A stretch of 64,000 nucleotides of DNA from Ginglymostoma cirratum (GCA_024137785.1 JAHRHZ010000222.1:40654565-40718564); one strand, 5' to 3'; shown: positions 1-12,523, counted from the stretch's first letter. The notes: generated from the sequence alone by a model not told the origin. Program-made: numbers and translations.

Positions 1-769
1 ATCTCATTAGTGCATGAAATATAACTAGCCAGAATAAAGGTGATAGTGCTACTCAGTTTAAATGCCCTCAGCAGAGTTCTAGCATCACTAGTCAATCATG
101 TGTTTGCACTACAAATTACATATGTATCAGAGCATAAAAACCATATTCAATCTAACAGCACACTATAGATATTCCAGCATTGATTGTATTGTCTTAATTG
201 GAATCAATTGTTTCAGCACTTGCCTACTCCACTATACCATCAGTGGAAAGGTGAGTTTGAGGCTCTTCCAGTCAGCAGAGCATGGGTTTCTATAATCACA
301 CAGATATGTTTAAGGATCATTCACACATCAAAATTACAACTGTTTTCCGCTTCAGTTGTACGTCTTGAAAGAACAACTCAAAATTTCACATCCATGTCTA
401 TGTCACCAAAATGTACAAATCCTTTAGATGAGTCTGGCATAACATATTAGCAATAGAATGAAAAGTGGTACTTGCTGCAAGACTCTTACTATAAACAGAA
501 GAGCATTTTAATGTCCACTAACCCTCCCAACATAGTCGATTGGAAACCCATAGCATTGCATTGGAAAACCAAAGTTTTATTTTTGACCTTAGCACAGAAG
601 CTGAATGTTAATGTTGCTTATCATGTTTCACTTTTTTTTATTGTGGCATCAATTCAGAGACCATTTGACTCAATATGTTGCCATGTTAGTGTTTGAGGCC
701 TAAATTTTCAGTGTGTAAAAGAATTAGGTATTAATGACACCTGGTGTAATTTCTTTTGATTTACTGTTA

Positions 770-1240
770 AGATGTGAGTTGGGCTATATTTATTGCTCTT
801 CTCTAGGGCACTGATAATGTGGAGATGCTCCTTTGTCCTTGAATGACTGTTGTCCTTTGGTGGTAGTTTTCACACAATGGTGTTAGGATGTAGCTTTCTA
901 AAGCTTTGACATGACCATGCTAAAAGTACAGTTATTTTGATTAATTCATAGGCTGTGGGGGCTATTGACAAGGTCAGGATTTATTGATAAATCTAGTTGC
1001 ACTTGAAAAATTGTTAATGAATTGCCTTCTTGAATACCATGGGATGGTTTGCTAGTCAATTTCAGTAGGCATTTCAACCACATCACTGTTAGTTTGAAAT
1101 CGTCCCCCAACAAATATTAGTAAATCAGATGGGTTTTTACGTACCTCCCAATGGGATAGTGGGATCTTAACACGTATTCAACTTATTTGACTAGGCCTTT
1201 GGATTCCTAGTCCAGTAATATGACCATTATACCACCATAT
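770..1240 (-). mobile_element. Decayed L2/CR1-clade LINE tail with a tRNA-derived SINE
   Basis: Two ATTTATTG-starting tail copies (about 787 and about 979) and a SINE head at about 1150-1240; similar to the elements at 20122-20450 and 58010-58285. Confidence 0.45.
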
Positions 1241-2235
1241 CCCTGATATGTGTCCAAGCCAACAAGGGAATCAATCTTGTGGTCAGCATTCAGTACTCAT
1301 CGCTAACCTCAATAAAAGCTGCCTGCCAAGATCTCACAACCTGTTTGTACAGACTTCCCTTTGACACCAAGTCGTAAGAAACTCCAGGCATCCAGCAAGA
1401 CTGATGCCAATTAGTAGAATAAGTCTCCAGTCACAATAAAGTATAGACAGCAAGTCTTCCTCCCCCTCAACCACCAAACCAGCAAGTAGGCCACTTATTT
1501 ATCGCACTTATGCCTTTGAATTTCATAAATAGAAAAATGAATGGTTAGGACATTCACATGGGTTAAGGTACAGGCTAAACTATCTTAAAGAAACTTTGCT
1601 TATCGTGATGGATAAATGGAAATTAAACAAATTGCAAACTTTATCTTTCAGGGCCAGCAAGTAGGTTAAGCAATATTATGACCTTAGTGCATTCTCACAA
1701 ACTGAATTCCACCTCACTCAACAAAGTGTAACATTTTCAAGGGCTGTTACAGGACAGAAGAGCAGATGTTCCTTTGGTTTAATGGTTTTGAATTGATTGC
1801 CTTCTAGGGTGGGATGGGTGGTTTGTTAACTTCTACAGCACCGTCTCTGAAGAAGCAGAGTCACTGACAGCAACTTTTGGATTTCTGCAACCAATTGCTT
1901 ACATACAGACCACAAGTATAGCTGTCTGTTTCAGCAGAGTAATCTCAACAAAAGCAAAATGTTTCGTCATAAGCATTGCAAATTCTGGGCCATAATGTGG
2001 GACTTGGTGGGGAATTTGGTGGTGAAAATATTCCAACCACACTGGTATTCCTGACATTCTTGGATTTAGGGGTTCCATTTCTTCAGGACAAAGCTGATGT
2101 CGGAATGACCTTGGTGAGTTGCTATAGTACTTTCTGTAGAAAATATATACTGATACCTACGTGCGTAGTTGGTAGACAGGTGAAATGAGTCCAAAGGTAG
2201 GACTGCTAATCAAACCGATATCTCTCTCCTCCTTT

Positions 2236-2335
2236 CTGAAGAAGGGTGAGTGGACTTGAAATGTTAATTCTGATTTCTTTCCATAGATGCTGCTAGACCT
2301 ACTGAGATTTTCCAGCAATTTCTGTTTTTTGTTCC
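2236..2335 (+). mobile_element. Penelope-like terminal repeat (pLTR) remnant, family B
   Basis: CTGAAGAAGGGT...GAAATGTTAATTCTG...AGATGCTGCTAGACCT...TTCCAGCAATTTCTG aligns with 36749-36850. Confidence 0.6.
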
Positions 2336-2750
2336 TTTCTGCTGGATGGTGTTGGCATTAATCAGAGTCTGGCAGTAGCTAATTGGGTTTTGGATTGTTT
2401 TTAAACAATACATGGACAGTAATGGCCAAATTACAAAAAATCAGCATGCAAATAATTAATGTGGCCTAAATTTTGTGATTTAAAAAAAATCACATTTTCT
2501 AAGATATACTATACTGGCAGGTACAAACATGTAATGACAGTGCTTAACCGAAGTTCTTTACTGCTCCTTTTCATGCTGTGTGCCACTAATTAAAGTGGAA
2601 ATGAAAGCATCTCACATTATGGTTTGTAGTCAGCCTCTGGTTCTAACACATGAGTTTTGAATCTAGCACACATTGTCAGAATGTCTGTATATATCAACTT
2701 AGCACTGTTGACCAGTAAATGGGACATATTGGCAAAGACAATACAACTCC

Positions 2751-2828
2751 AGATAACACAGTGTGGAGCTGGAGGAGCACAGCAGGCCAGGCAGCATCAG
2801 AGGAGCAGGAAAGTTCACGTTTTGGGAC
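2751..2828 (-). mobile_element. pLTR remnant, family A
   Basis: AGATAACACAGTGTGGAGCTGGAGGAGCACAGCAGGCCAGGCAGCATCAGAGGAGCAGGAAAG aligns with 35877-35940. Confidence 0.65.
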
Positions 2829-4954
2829 AATCAAAATGTTGGGAAAAATACAAACACTTATCTATCTTAGTAGTACCACTCATGTCTGCGGTGGATACAT
2901 CATCTACTACTTCACCACACGGCACAGACCAGCTGGTCCATACACTCAGGCATTAACAACTAATATAACGTCCTTCTCCCTCTGAGGATATGGGTTAAAG
3001 GAGCACATAGTTAGGAAAAGATATGCAGTACACGTTCTCATACTGAGGAATTACCAAAATGAAATACACCAAAAATACCTGAACCATATACCTGTTAGGG
3101 TAAACCATTGGAAACATAATTCATCCTCGAATGGCAGAATAATTGTTAGTATAAAGATTATATATTGAGAGATCTCTCATACATGGAGATGATTTCTGCC
3201 CACTGATTATCTCCGCTATGAAAAGGGTCTACTTTCAGAATGACTAATTGCTCATGGAAATGTTTGGTCTTGATAAGGGTAGTATTCTGTCACAGATGAC
3301 TAGTATTTGTTTTCTATCTGTTCTAAGGCAAATCTCTTCGGTGGGCAATGTTACATAGCCTTAATTATGTTTTAACCACAAACAGGTGAATTAAAGAACA
3401 TCTCCAATCTCGATAATGCTATTACACACAACCTGTTGTGAGATTCAGCATACCTGACTCTTGTAGAGGTTCCATAGGTCAATGTTTAAGCCAAGTTACC
3501 GCTCCTGAGTGATTCCTGATGCACATTAAAACTTCTTACCATTTTGCACTAACACCACAGTCATAGTGGAAGAGTGGCTCTTTTCATTGCTAAACATCAT
3601 GCAGAATGATATGTTGACTTGCATTGTTCTCAATAGTTGCTTTATACAAGTTTGAAAGACATTGTCAATGATTTGAGGCGAATAGAGTACTTCATCTACT
3701 TTTGTCAATACTTTTACTCTGATGATATTTAATGAACAATAAAAGTACTCATCCCGATCATTAACACCAGAGAATTATTTATTTGATTGGGTTTAGTAAA
3801 TGTCATTTATAAAAAAGCTAAACATCAGTGAACACTGGTAAAACCAGGGCAAACTCTTCACCTTTCTTGCGCATTCGCTAAAGTGCCACTGAAGATTTCC
3901 CTTTCGGTTTTAACCATGAAGTGTTTGGATAAGGAACCGGCCCACCTGTGAAACGCACACACGAACCGAATTTACATCTTCCACTTTGAATATTATCTGG
4001 CCATTCCAGTGTCTTTAGCACTCTTCAGCGATCAATGTGTCTGATAGCTTTTCAGATGTTTGTAGGAACACAATTTCAGTTAATTGAAACAAACAAACAG
4101 TGACGTCCTGGCTTAGTTTAGAATCAATCTACATTTAATCTAATTTACAATAGGAATTAATATTTTAACGAAAATTTCTTTCCGTAACTGAGTTAACAAA
4201 TTGAATTTTCGCTCTGTTTTCCTATTTAAGGCGCTGTTTAACGTCGAGATCTGCGCTAAGCAAATCCAGTGTGGTTTATCGCAGGTACTCAGTGCGAAAG
4301 GAATATGTTCTCTGCAGCATATTCCACGAATTGCCTGGAAAGTGTCCGGACTCTGGCATGAATCATCATCCAAGCTTTCTTGAAAATTGAAAAGCTTTTA
4401 TGACTAAACTTTGCGATTGAGCGTGTATTGGGCTTGATATTTTTGAAATGACCAAACACATAAGTGGCCAGGTATTGCACCAAACAGTTATTGAGTACAC
4501 CTGACTGTAATTCTTGTTTGCCATAAAGTAACAATTTACGTAGGATGAATAAGGTTCGTAAACAACGCGTTACCGCAATATTTCGAGGCTGTGAGTTCTT
4601 TCTGTTTTGCTGCAGCATGTACTATCTAATGCGACGTGAGAGATATTCTTTTGCCAGAGCTCCTTGTATTTCCATTCAGTGGTATCACTCTGTAGTTACT
4701 GTGTTGTGTGCTTGTAGTTACTGTGCTTGTACCTCCACGTGGGTCAAAAAGGTTGCCGCAGACTGAAATGGCTCAATTCTCGCAGTCGGCAGTCGCATAT
4801 GGCGATGGTCCACGCAAATAAACAGAACCCGAGGGACATCCCAGAGTGGAGGCATGTACAAGTCAACTTCTGAACTTGCACTATCACTTGTTTTGTTAAT
4901 TATTCAGAAATGGCTTGAGTTGCAGTTAAAGATAGGAAGCAATTCACAAAACTA

Positions 4955-5035
4955 CAGACTTATTACAGCGTCGAGGAAGGCCATTCGGCCCCATTGTGTT
5001 TGCGCAGGCTTTCCAAATGAGATTCTCACTTAGTT
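4955..5035 (-). mobile_element. CR1 3' tail fragment
   Basis: ACAGCGTCGAGGAAGGCCATTCGGCCC resembles the reverse-complemented CR1/HE1 tail seen in the SINE copies of this window. Confidence 0.4.
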
Positions 5036-6804
5036 AAAGCTACTGGCTAATACCCTAAAAGTGGAGAAAGAATGATGAATGAAGGTGATTATACCAAACA
5101 CATGTCTACTTTTAATGTTTTTATGAAGTATTTGCACTTCTGCAGCCGTATAACTTATGAAAGTTGACTGTATTGCGGGAAGTGATTTAAACCTGGATTT
5201 TGAAAAGGAGGTGCTCGTTCTGATCCTAACATTAGCTAAATACCAGCCGTTTTCAGCTCGGATCCGGATAGTTTCACGAGGTCAATTTATTTCATGTCGT
5301 ACTTCCCATTTCTACATTTTTTAGGGAAGTTACACACGCCATGCGTTATGTGACACACGCACAGTTTTATACACATAGCCTAAAGAGGACTCTGCTGATC
5401 TGCTAATGTTCAAGTACCTCATCAATAAGATAACTACGCGACGGTTCCACAGGCTAGATGAGGCGTCGCGTCTCAAACGCTAACTTGACTTTGACCTTCG
5501 CTGGTGGACCAGCTAGATATGTCCATCATTTCCTGCCGTGTTTTTTTTTCTGTTACCATAAAATAAGTGTGCGCGATAATCCCTAGGAAAAAGGTATGGT
5601 GCATGGAGGATAGATACATTGACCTAAATGTTTAACTCTACTGGAAACTCCGCGCATGGTCTTTTGAACTTCAGCATTACCCATTGAGTACAAAGTTAGC
5701 TCATTTCTTCATCCCCGTAGAGGCCTACTAATTGCGAACCATATTATTGAAATCTAACATTGGGGGTGTTCAGACGAAGAGATAACAATGATGACAAAGA
5801 ATTCAAACCTTGTTTACCCACTTGTCATTTTAAATTCGAATTCCGAAATGTAACGATGATTATAATCGAAGAAAGTTATTTTCTTTTTTGGATATTCTTA
5901 CTGATTGCATTTATCACTCCGTGACAGGAAGTGCCCAGGTGATGTGACTTCCAGTGGTTTGTCGCACAGAAACGAGCCACTGCATTACACTTCACACGTA
6001 TGGGTCCTCCACCCCACCTTACAGACTCGCTGTAGGAAAAGGGTAAGTCTCCATAATTTTTACCAGACCAGAGGGCTGCTCTCTCAGAGAGAGACGACTG
6101 GTGGTTGTTTAACCGGAGGCTTAGCATGCTTCAGGCGAGGGAGACATAAAAGAATTCATGGTATAGACTCGCTGTACAGGTAAAAAGGGTAAAAGATCAT
6201 TAATGAGACAAGTTGACGCAATATTTCAACGGATCACAACGATGGGAACTTCAAAGGGCAGTTCTAAAAGCTGGCATTCATTCTGCTTTTAAGATATTTG
6301 TGTCCACTGCCCTCCAACTGGTCAACATGAATTATGCAGACACTGTACAGCTGCACTTGTGCATTCAAGCGCTAGCTCCAAGACGTGCTACAGCATCATC
6401 AAGTGGCATTAGCACAGGCAGGTCGTGGCTGCTACTCACTAACCAATATAGCCCCAGTGCTGCCGGTGTCATTGTTCCCTCGCCCGTTGTGCCTCTGGCC
6501 TGAAACTTTTTACGTAATGCCATAAAATGGTAGGGTTTCCTCAATTTTGTAACGATTTCTTTTCCCCTGAATATTGCAATGCAACTTTTAAACTCAACAG
6601 ATTTTTAAAATGACTTCATCGATGGTTGCCTCAAAACAAATATTAAGAGGAAAAGAAAACATTTACTATTTTGAAAGCCGTGGAATTGTGGCATGGTAAC
6701 CGACATGACAATGATAACCAATAAAGCCTACTAACTTCTGATCTGGCAGTATCTATGGAGAGAAATGCACTGTGAACGTTTTGCAATCGAACATAACTCT
6801 TTCT

Positions 6805-6900
6805 CGGAAAAGAAACTTCATTCAACTCAAAGCGTTAACTCTGTTTCTCTTCCACGGATGCTGCCAGACCTGCTAAGTTTTATTTTCACATTCCCAGCAT
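6805..6900 (+). mobile_element. pLTR remnant, family B
   Basis: GCGTTAACTCTGTTTCTCTTCCACGGATGCTGCCAGACCTGCTAAG matches 36780-36820. Confidence 0.6.
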
Positions 6901-7242
6901 CCTTCAATAACTACACTTGGGTGCTTGATTTTTCTTTTGCCAATCCTAATTTTGGTCGAAAGACGGATTGAAACAACATGCCCCGGTCTAAGCGTTTGTC
7001 CATACTTGTGCAATGAATCCAGATGTTGTTAGAGTAACCCGAAGAGATCCAGACGTGAAGCCTTTTGACAGCTCTTCCCTTTCTTTCCTTCAGGACCTTT
7101 CTATTGTCCTTTACAGTTAGTCTTTTAACAGAATGGCCGTTCACTTGGGGAATACCAGAATCCTCCAGAACCAAACACTATATCTGCCTTTCCGTGTTCA
7201 CAAATGTATACTGTTGCCGTCTGCAGGAAACTTGCATGAATC

Positions 7243-7341
7243 AAATACAAACAAAAATAGCTGGAGAAACTTAACAGGTGTGGCAGGATTTACTGGAGAG
7301 AAAACAGAGTTAACGTTTCCAGTCCAGAGACCCTTTATTAA
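7243..7341 (-). mobile_element. pLTR remnant, family B (inverted relative to the 6805 copy)
   Basis: Reverse complement reads AAGGGTCTCTGGACTGGAAACGTTAACTCTGTTTTCTCTCCAG. Confidence 0.6.
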
Positions 7342-8559
7342 TCTCCTCCCTACCTCTGTCTCTTCTTTGAATACGCTGCTTAAAACCCTTTCATTTTTCG
7401 GATCACCTATCCTATTGTCTCTATCTTTAGCTTGGTGTCAAATTCTATCAATAATCACCCTTTCTAGAAGCAGCTTGGAGAATTTTAGTACGTTGACGGC
7501 GCTAGATAAATGCATGTTGTTGTTGACTGATACATTTGTGAAACACCAAATAAATTTAAACAAGTAATTGATTTTAAATTACAGAAACGCCAACAATTTG
7601 TAAATGGGAAAATAGTAATATTCCTTGCTGAGTGCGTGTCGATGATTTAAGTCCACTGGACCATAGCTTTTTTTTTGTCTGTTGAATTTGAAGCGGCCCA
7701 TTCGGATTCGTTGCAATGGATCAGAAACCCGGTAGACAGCCGAAAGTGTAGCCATGATAGTTGCAGGTAATTGAATCGTTGTTTCTAGCCCCGATGAAGA
7801 CGCTGTGCTGTAGTTATCAGTTCCGGCTCTTTGATCTGATCACAGACTTGTGAGCACTTTATTGTTGTACGGAGATAGCTCTCTTGCGCCGCTGTTAGAA
7901 GAAGCTGGTCATTACCGCGAGTTGCGCTCGACTTTTCACACACGACACAAAAAAGAGGACAGAGTGGGGGCACTAGTAACAAGCACTTGGTGTGCCAGCG
8001 AGTAGCAAGGTGCTTTCAACAGATCTAACCGCACCAAGAAAAGTGCATATACACCACCCATGAGCAGGCAAGTGCAGCGCACTCTTTCACAATGAAATAA
8101 ATGAGATGTGTACATATTTACTGCAGAACGTGTCCCATTTAGCCAGTGAAGTTTACAACACGTCCGATCGCAGGTAGAAGGTGTTAATTATACGGGTGAC
8201 TAAACTGGAGAAAGGGACGAGATTAATACGAGGACATTCAAGAAAGGCCCAGGCGAATATTGGTATTTGTTGAAGAGTGAGAATTTAGGATAACGGATTA
8301 ACCCATTAATCACGGGCATCTTTTGCGCAATGGTTTCCCCAAAATTCCTTCAGCTCCCGGGACTCCGAAAATAAATCCCCCAGAATAAATGGTTGGAAAA
8401 GCAAAGAGAGAGCGAGAGCGGGGGAGGGGGGAGCGCTGACTGAGTTGTTTGGAATGTGGAGCTTTTTGTTCATTCCAAAGGAATTAGTCCCCGGAATATC
8501 TGCGTTTTAAAGGTTGCGACTCTGTGTGAAAGTTTGAAGATGATGGATATCCAAGCGAC

Positions 8560-8930
8560 CTTACACATCACGTAAAAGCCTCCAGCACTTTCATTAATTG
8601 AAACATATTCCAAATCGTTATTCTCGCCAGCCGTAATTAGAGCAGAACTGATAGCTGTGTGAGAGCGCAAACTTTGGTGAATCGGAGCCGAAAGGCTGCT
8701 TTTTTTTTCCCGCTGTAAATTGTTGGTTACACAAGTCCCCAATTTCCATTTGTTAATTGATGCAATTACGCCCTGCTCGTATTGGGCACGCCGTTCTCCA
8801 GGCAGCCATCAATCAGACCGCATTGACCTGTCAAAGCGAGGTATTCGTCTCTTTGGGGACCATTCTGGCTCTAATGGAGAAAAATGGATAGATCATCATC
8901 ATTAATTAGTGACTGGCCCTTTGGCCATGG
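8560..8930. promoter_or_regulatory. Candidate conserved non-coding element (enhancer) upstream of Irx6
   Basis: Repeat-free and dense in TAAT/ATTA cores; Pbx-Hox site CCATCAATCA (8806-8815) next to Meis/Prep site CTGTCA (8828-8833). Irx clusters are known to be CNE-rich. Confidence 0.6.
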
Positions 8931-9294
8931 ATCGGACGGGTTGAGAGAGAACGCTGTGTTCTAGGACACCCACAAAACCCCCCGTTTCCTTCTTTTCGAT
9001 TATTAGCTGTCGACTGTTGGAAGAGGTTGAGCAATTTGTCTCTCCCGAGTAGCCTCCCTGGCCTGTTCCGCGTCAGTTTGTACTTTAATTTATTGCATCT
9101 TCCGCTCTCGTTTTCATTTCGTTTGACGTCGTTAGGATTTTGCCTCAGTTCGTGTGCGGGGTGAGGTGGAGTTGGGGGGCGTGGGGGGGAACTACTGTGG
9201 GAGCGGAGGAGGAGGTTGCGTTGGGACGATTTTCACCACCATTTAAGGCGAAAACGGTCAACATTATGACCCCGCGAGAAACAGCGTGGCCCAC

Positions 9295-9510
9295 TTTCTG
9301 CATAGTCATCCCCCTTCAAACTAATGATGAGCAAATTGAGAGACTTGTGACTCCTCAGATTGCTTTAAAAGAATGGGTTGGAGAGTAATTAGGAAACTTA
9401 GTGATGACACGGCACTGAAATTGCTCAATCTGAACATGTCCCCATATGATTTGTCTGTGCTGGAAGGTGTTTTAAGGAGCCCCATTGCAGTGAAGTTGAA
9501 GTCATAGGTG
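9295..9510. promoter_or_regulatory. Second candidate CNE upstream of Irx6
   Basis: Non-repetitive block with homeodomain-like motifs (TAATGA, TAATTA) 0.7 kb upstream of the ATG. Conservation is inferred, not tested. Confidence 0.35.
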
Positions 9511-9759
9511 CTCCTGTATGTTGAGCTAGGCACCAGGGGCCTGGCTTAATAAAATAAAGGACACCAGCGCAAAATGCAACCCTTGAAGACTGTCACAACC
9601 TTTCAAATTCACCGAGATTCCCTCAATACGGTGAGCTTCGGGATATTTTGCAATGTTTACAAATAAGACCTCCAAGTACCTGAGCAGTCGTCGGTGCACA
9701 TCAGAAATCAAGGTAGAGCATTAGAAGCAAGTGTTGAATGCATCTAGGAATATTCCATG

Positions 9760-10136
9760 TTGCAGATGATTGGCAAAGATACCGTTCTATCCATACTGTC
9801 CTGTCGGTTCGGGATTAATATGACGTCACTCTGATACCCTTCCCTGGATGAGGAAAGGAAGGAGAGTGGCAAATTATAACCGGCAGTAGCCTATACAGCA
9901 GGCTGCACTTCCGTCCGGGCTTTATTTTTTAACCCTCTTCGGCTAGATTTCATCCATGACCATGCCTTAAATTGAACACCGGTTAAGCTTTGAACTGCCA
10001 GTGTACGGAGCCTTAAGATTTTAAAAGTGGGATCATTGCTAATGAAGCCAAAGGCCATGTATGTAAATATCTCGGGAAGAAGACGCATCCCGAACTAAGG
10101 TTTGCTCCCCAATCTACCAGGAAGAAATCTTTTCCT
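9760..10136 (+). promoter_or_regulatory. Irx6 proximal promoter / 5' UTR region
   Basis: Immediately upstream of exon 1. Contains CAGATG (9763-9768), inverted CCAAT (ATTGG 9769-9773), GGATTA (9812-9817) and a full CRE TGACGTCA (9821-9828). The TSS cannot be determined from sequence. Confidence 0.5.
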
Positions 10137-10202
10137 ATGGTGGCACAGGGAGCAGTGATGTCGTTCTCTCAATTCGGATATCCATACAACACGGCGTCCC
10201 AG
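10137..10202 (+). CDS. irx6: Iroquois homeobox 6, coding exon 1 (MVAQGAV-MSFSQFGYPYNTASQ)
   Basis: ATG at 10158 starts MSFSQFGYPYNTASQ, the typical Irx4/6 N-terminus, followed by donor CAG|GTAGGA at 10203. An in-frame upstream ATG at 10137 adds 7 aa. Confidence 0.88.
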
Positions 10203-11088
10203 GTAGGAATGGACACCCTATACATTCAGTGAGTCTTCACTCTGGGCTGCCCTGTATTCTTTAGCACGTTGGTATTTTGTTGCGGGGGTTGGGTACTGTT
10301 TCAGTTGATAATACCCGATACCTACCCCCTTCCTTCTTTCATATAGCCGAAATTTTCACACTACATTCTTTTTCATGTTCGTATTAGCGAATGTGCTTTT
10401 TTTCTTCTCCATACTTACAACATTTTCTGCAAAGGAATGTTATTATTAACTTTTTGGGTGTTAATTCCATATTCCAATAAGTTCCACCATCCCTGTACTG
10501 TAAAGTTACTTTTAGGATTTATAATTGTGTGGCCATGTTGAAACTTGCGCATTTGCCCTGCACCGACAGTATTAGGGACACAGATTCCTCCAGGTGCTTG
10601 TCTCTGCGCTCAAAATTTCTTGTTAATTTGATTGCGTTTTGCACTTTGCAGTTTACTGTAAACTAGCCGTTCCTAGTAACCAGTCCAATTCCCCAAATTG
10701 CATTGACTGCGGTCATTTGCCTGTTCGCTCAATCATTATTTCATAATTCCCATTCTCCTCACTGTATTTAGATTCAAGTGCATGTTCCTTTAAATACTTC
10801 CCTCCGCTTCAGCGAGGATGTGAAAGCATTCCACGTTTGGATCTCTTCTCTCCTGCTTCCTCAATAATTTACACTTTTTTTTATTTTTACCGTATAACGA
10901 TGCTAAGCAAACTCTTTCCTCTTGCTATCCCTTTATTCTGTTGCAATCCCACTTTATGTTGCTTTAATGAATTTAGCTTCAAGGCATACGGACTGCTGCG
11001 CCCACCTCTGCATTTCCCTGCACTTTACAATGTTTTGATCTGCTGAAATGACGGTTGGTTGCAGCCTTCGTTATTTCTCTCCGTCCAG

Positions 11089-11352
11089 TTTTTCGTGTCC
11101 GCCAGTCCCGGTACGACGTGCTGCGAAGCCGGCTCCAGACCAGTGACTGAAGGCTCCGCTGGGCCGGCCCAGGCTGCTGTTTGCTGCCCTCCCTATGATA
11201 ACAGACTGCTGGCCAACGCTAGGACCGAGATTAACGCGGCGGCCGCGGCCCTGGGCATGTACAACAGCTCTCCCTTTGCAACTACAGCCAGCCCGGGCTA
11301 CGGGAACTACCTTGCGTACAGTACCGACCCTTCAGCCTTGTACACCTCCCTG
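11089..11352 (+). CDS. irx6: Irx6 coding exon 2 (FFVSASPGTTCCE...DPSALYTSL)
   Basis: Pyrimidine tract plus CAG acceptor ending at 11088; 88 codons with Irx6-like TTCCE, CCPPYDNRLL, ALGMY and YSTDPSALY motifs; donor CTG|GTGAGT. Confidence 0.92.
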
Positions 11353-11502
11353 GTGAGTAACAGCCTTCGGGGTAATCCACCCGCGATTCCTTTACACTGT
11401 CTCCTCTCCCCGAGCCACTCGCGTTTGAGCTATGTTTTGTTTTATTTTAGAAACAAACTTCTCGGACTATTTTGTATTGTGCTTCTCCCATCCCCTTTAC
11501 AG

Positions 11503-11612
11503 AATTCGCAGTATGAAATTAAAGACGGCGCTGGGAGTTTACATTCAGGAATTGCAGCAACAGCTACCTACTGTCCGTATGACCACTCCTTGGGGCAGTA
11601 CCAGTATGACAG
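11503..11612 (+). CDS. irx6: Irx6 coding exon 3 (NSQYEIKDGAGSLHSGI...GQYQYDR)
   Basis: Acceptor TTTACAG ending at 11502; donor AG|GTAAGA; 110 nt, phase 2, which fits exon 4. Confidence 0.93.
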
Positions 11613-11832
11613 GTAAGACCTTTGATCAAGACAACTAGTAACACACACCCTGAGCAACAATCAAAGTGACCTAAGGCAATGTGTGTTGTGTTCTGATGAT
11701 GATGCGGAGTTAAATACATTTATTGATCAGTGCCTTTGTTCCTTGTCCAATACCTACACAACTTTTTTTTTGATACCAACGTGCAGCGACCACCGGCTCG
11801 ATCTCTCTGCTTCTTCTTTTATTCGTTTTCAG

Positions 11833-12143
11833 GTGCGGCACCATGGACTTTAACAGCAACACGCGGCGTAAAAACGCGACCCGAGAAACCACGAGCACTC
11901 TGAAGACTTGGCTTCACGAGCACAGGAAGAACCCATATCCCACCAAAGGCGAAAAGATCATGTTGGCCATCATCACCAAAATGACTCTGACTCAAGTCTC
12001 CACTTGGTTCGCGAACGCCAGGAGAAGGCTGAAGAAAGAGAACAAGATGACCTGGTCACCGAGGAACAAAGGGAGTGACGAGAAGAAAGAGGACAGCGAG
12101 AAAAAGGACGGGGATGAATATAGTGCGGAGAGCGTGGCGAAAG
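11833..12143 (+). CDS. irx6: Irx6 coding exon 4, TALE homeodomain (about 11864-12046)
   Basis: [64 protein letters not shown] is an Iroquois homeodomain (PYP loop, WFANARR; the [10 protein letters not shown] subtype is Irx4/6). Acceptor TTTTCAG ends at 11832; donor G|GTGGGA at 12144. Confidence 0.95.
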
Positions 12144-12523
12144 GTGGGATATCACTCACATTTGCAAAGGCACTGTCATGCACTGTTTCAGCAAGACCTG
12201 AAACTCCCTTGAGCTGGTTGACTGTCGCAGTCGATGCAATTATATTGTTAAACAGCCGGAGGGCAAACATACTGGGCCAGACATAGAAAGTTTGAATGGG
12301 TTCAGAAATCTAACAGAGGATACGAGCACATTGCCCTAGTATGAAGGAGATGGACATCTTGTACATGCTAGTCATGATGACCCACTGTAGCTCCCATAGT
12401 AAGGTTGATTCAGATTTGTTCTCACGGTCGTATTCGAAAGAGAAACTTCAACAGTTCGATAGTTAAAAAAATGTTTCCGTATTACAGAGGTCAATACTAA
12501 TCTCTTTGAATATGTACACACAG

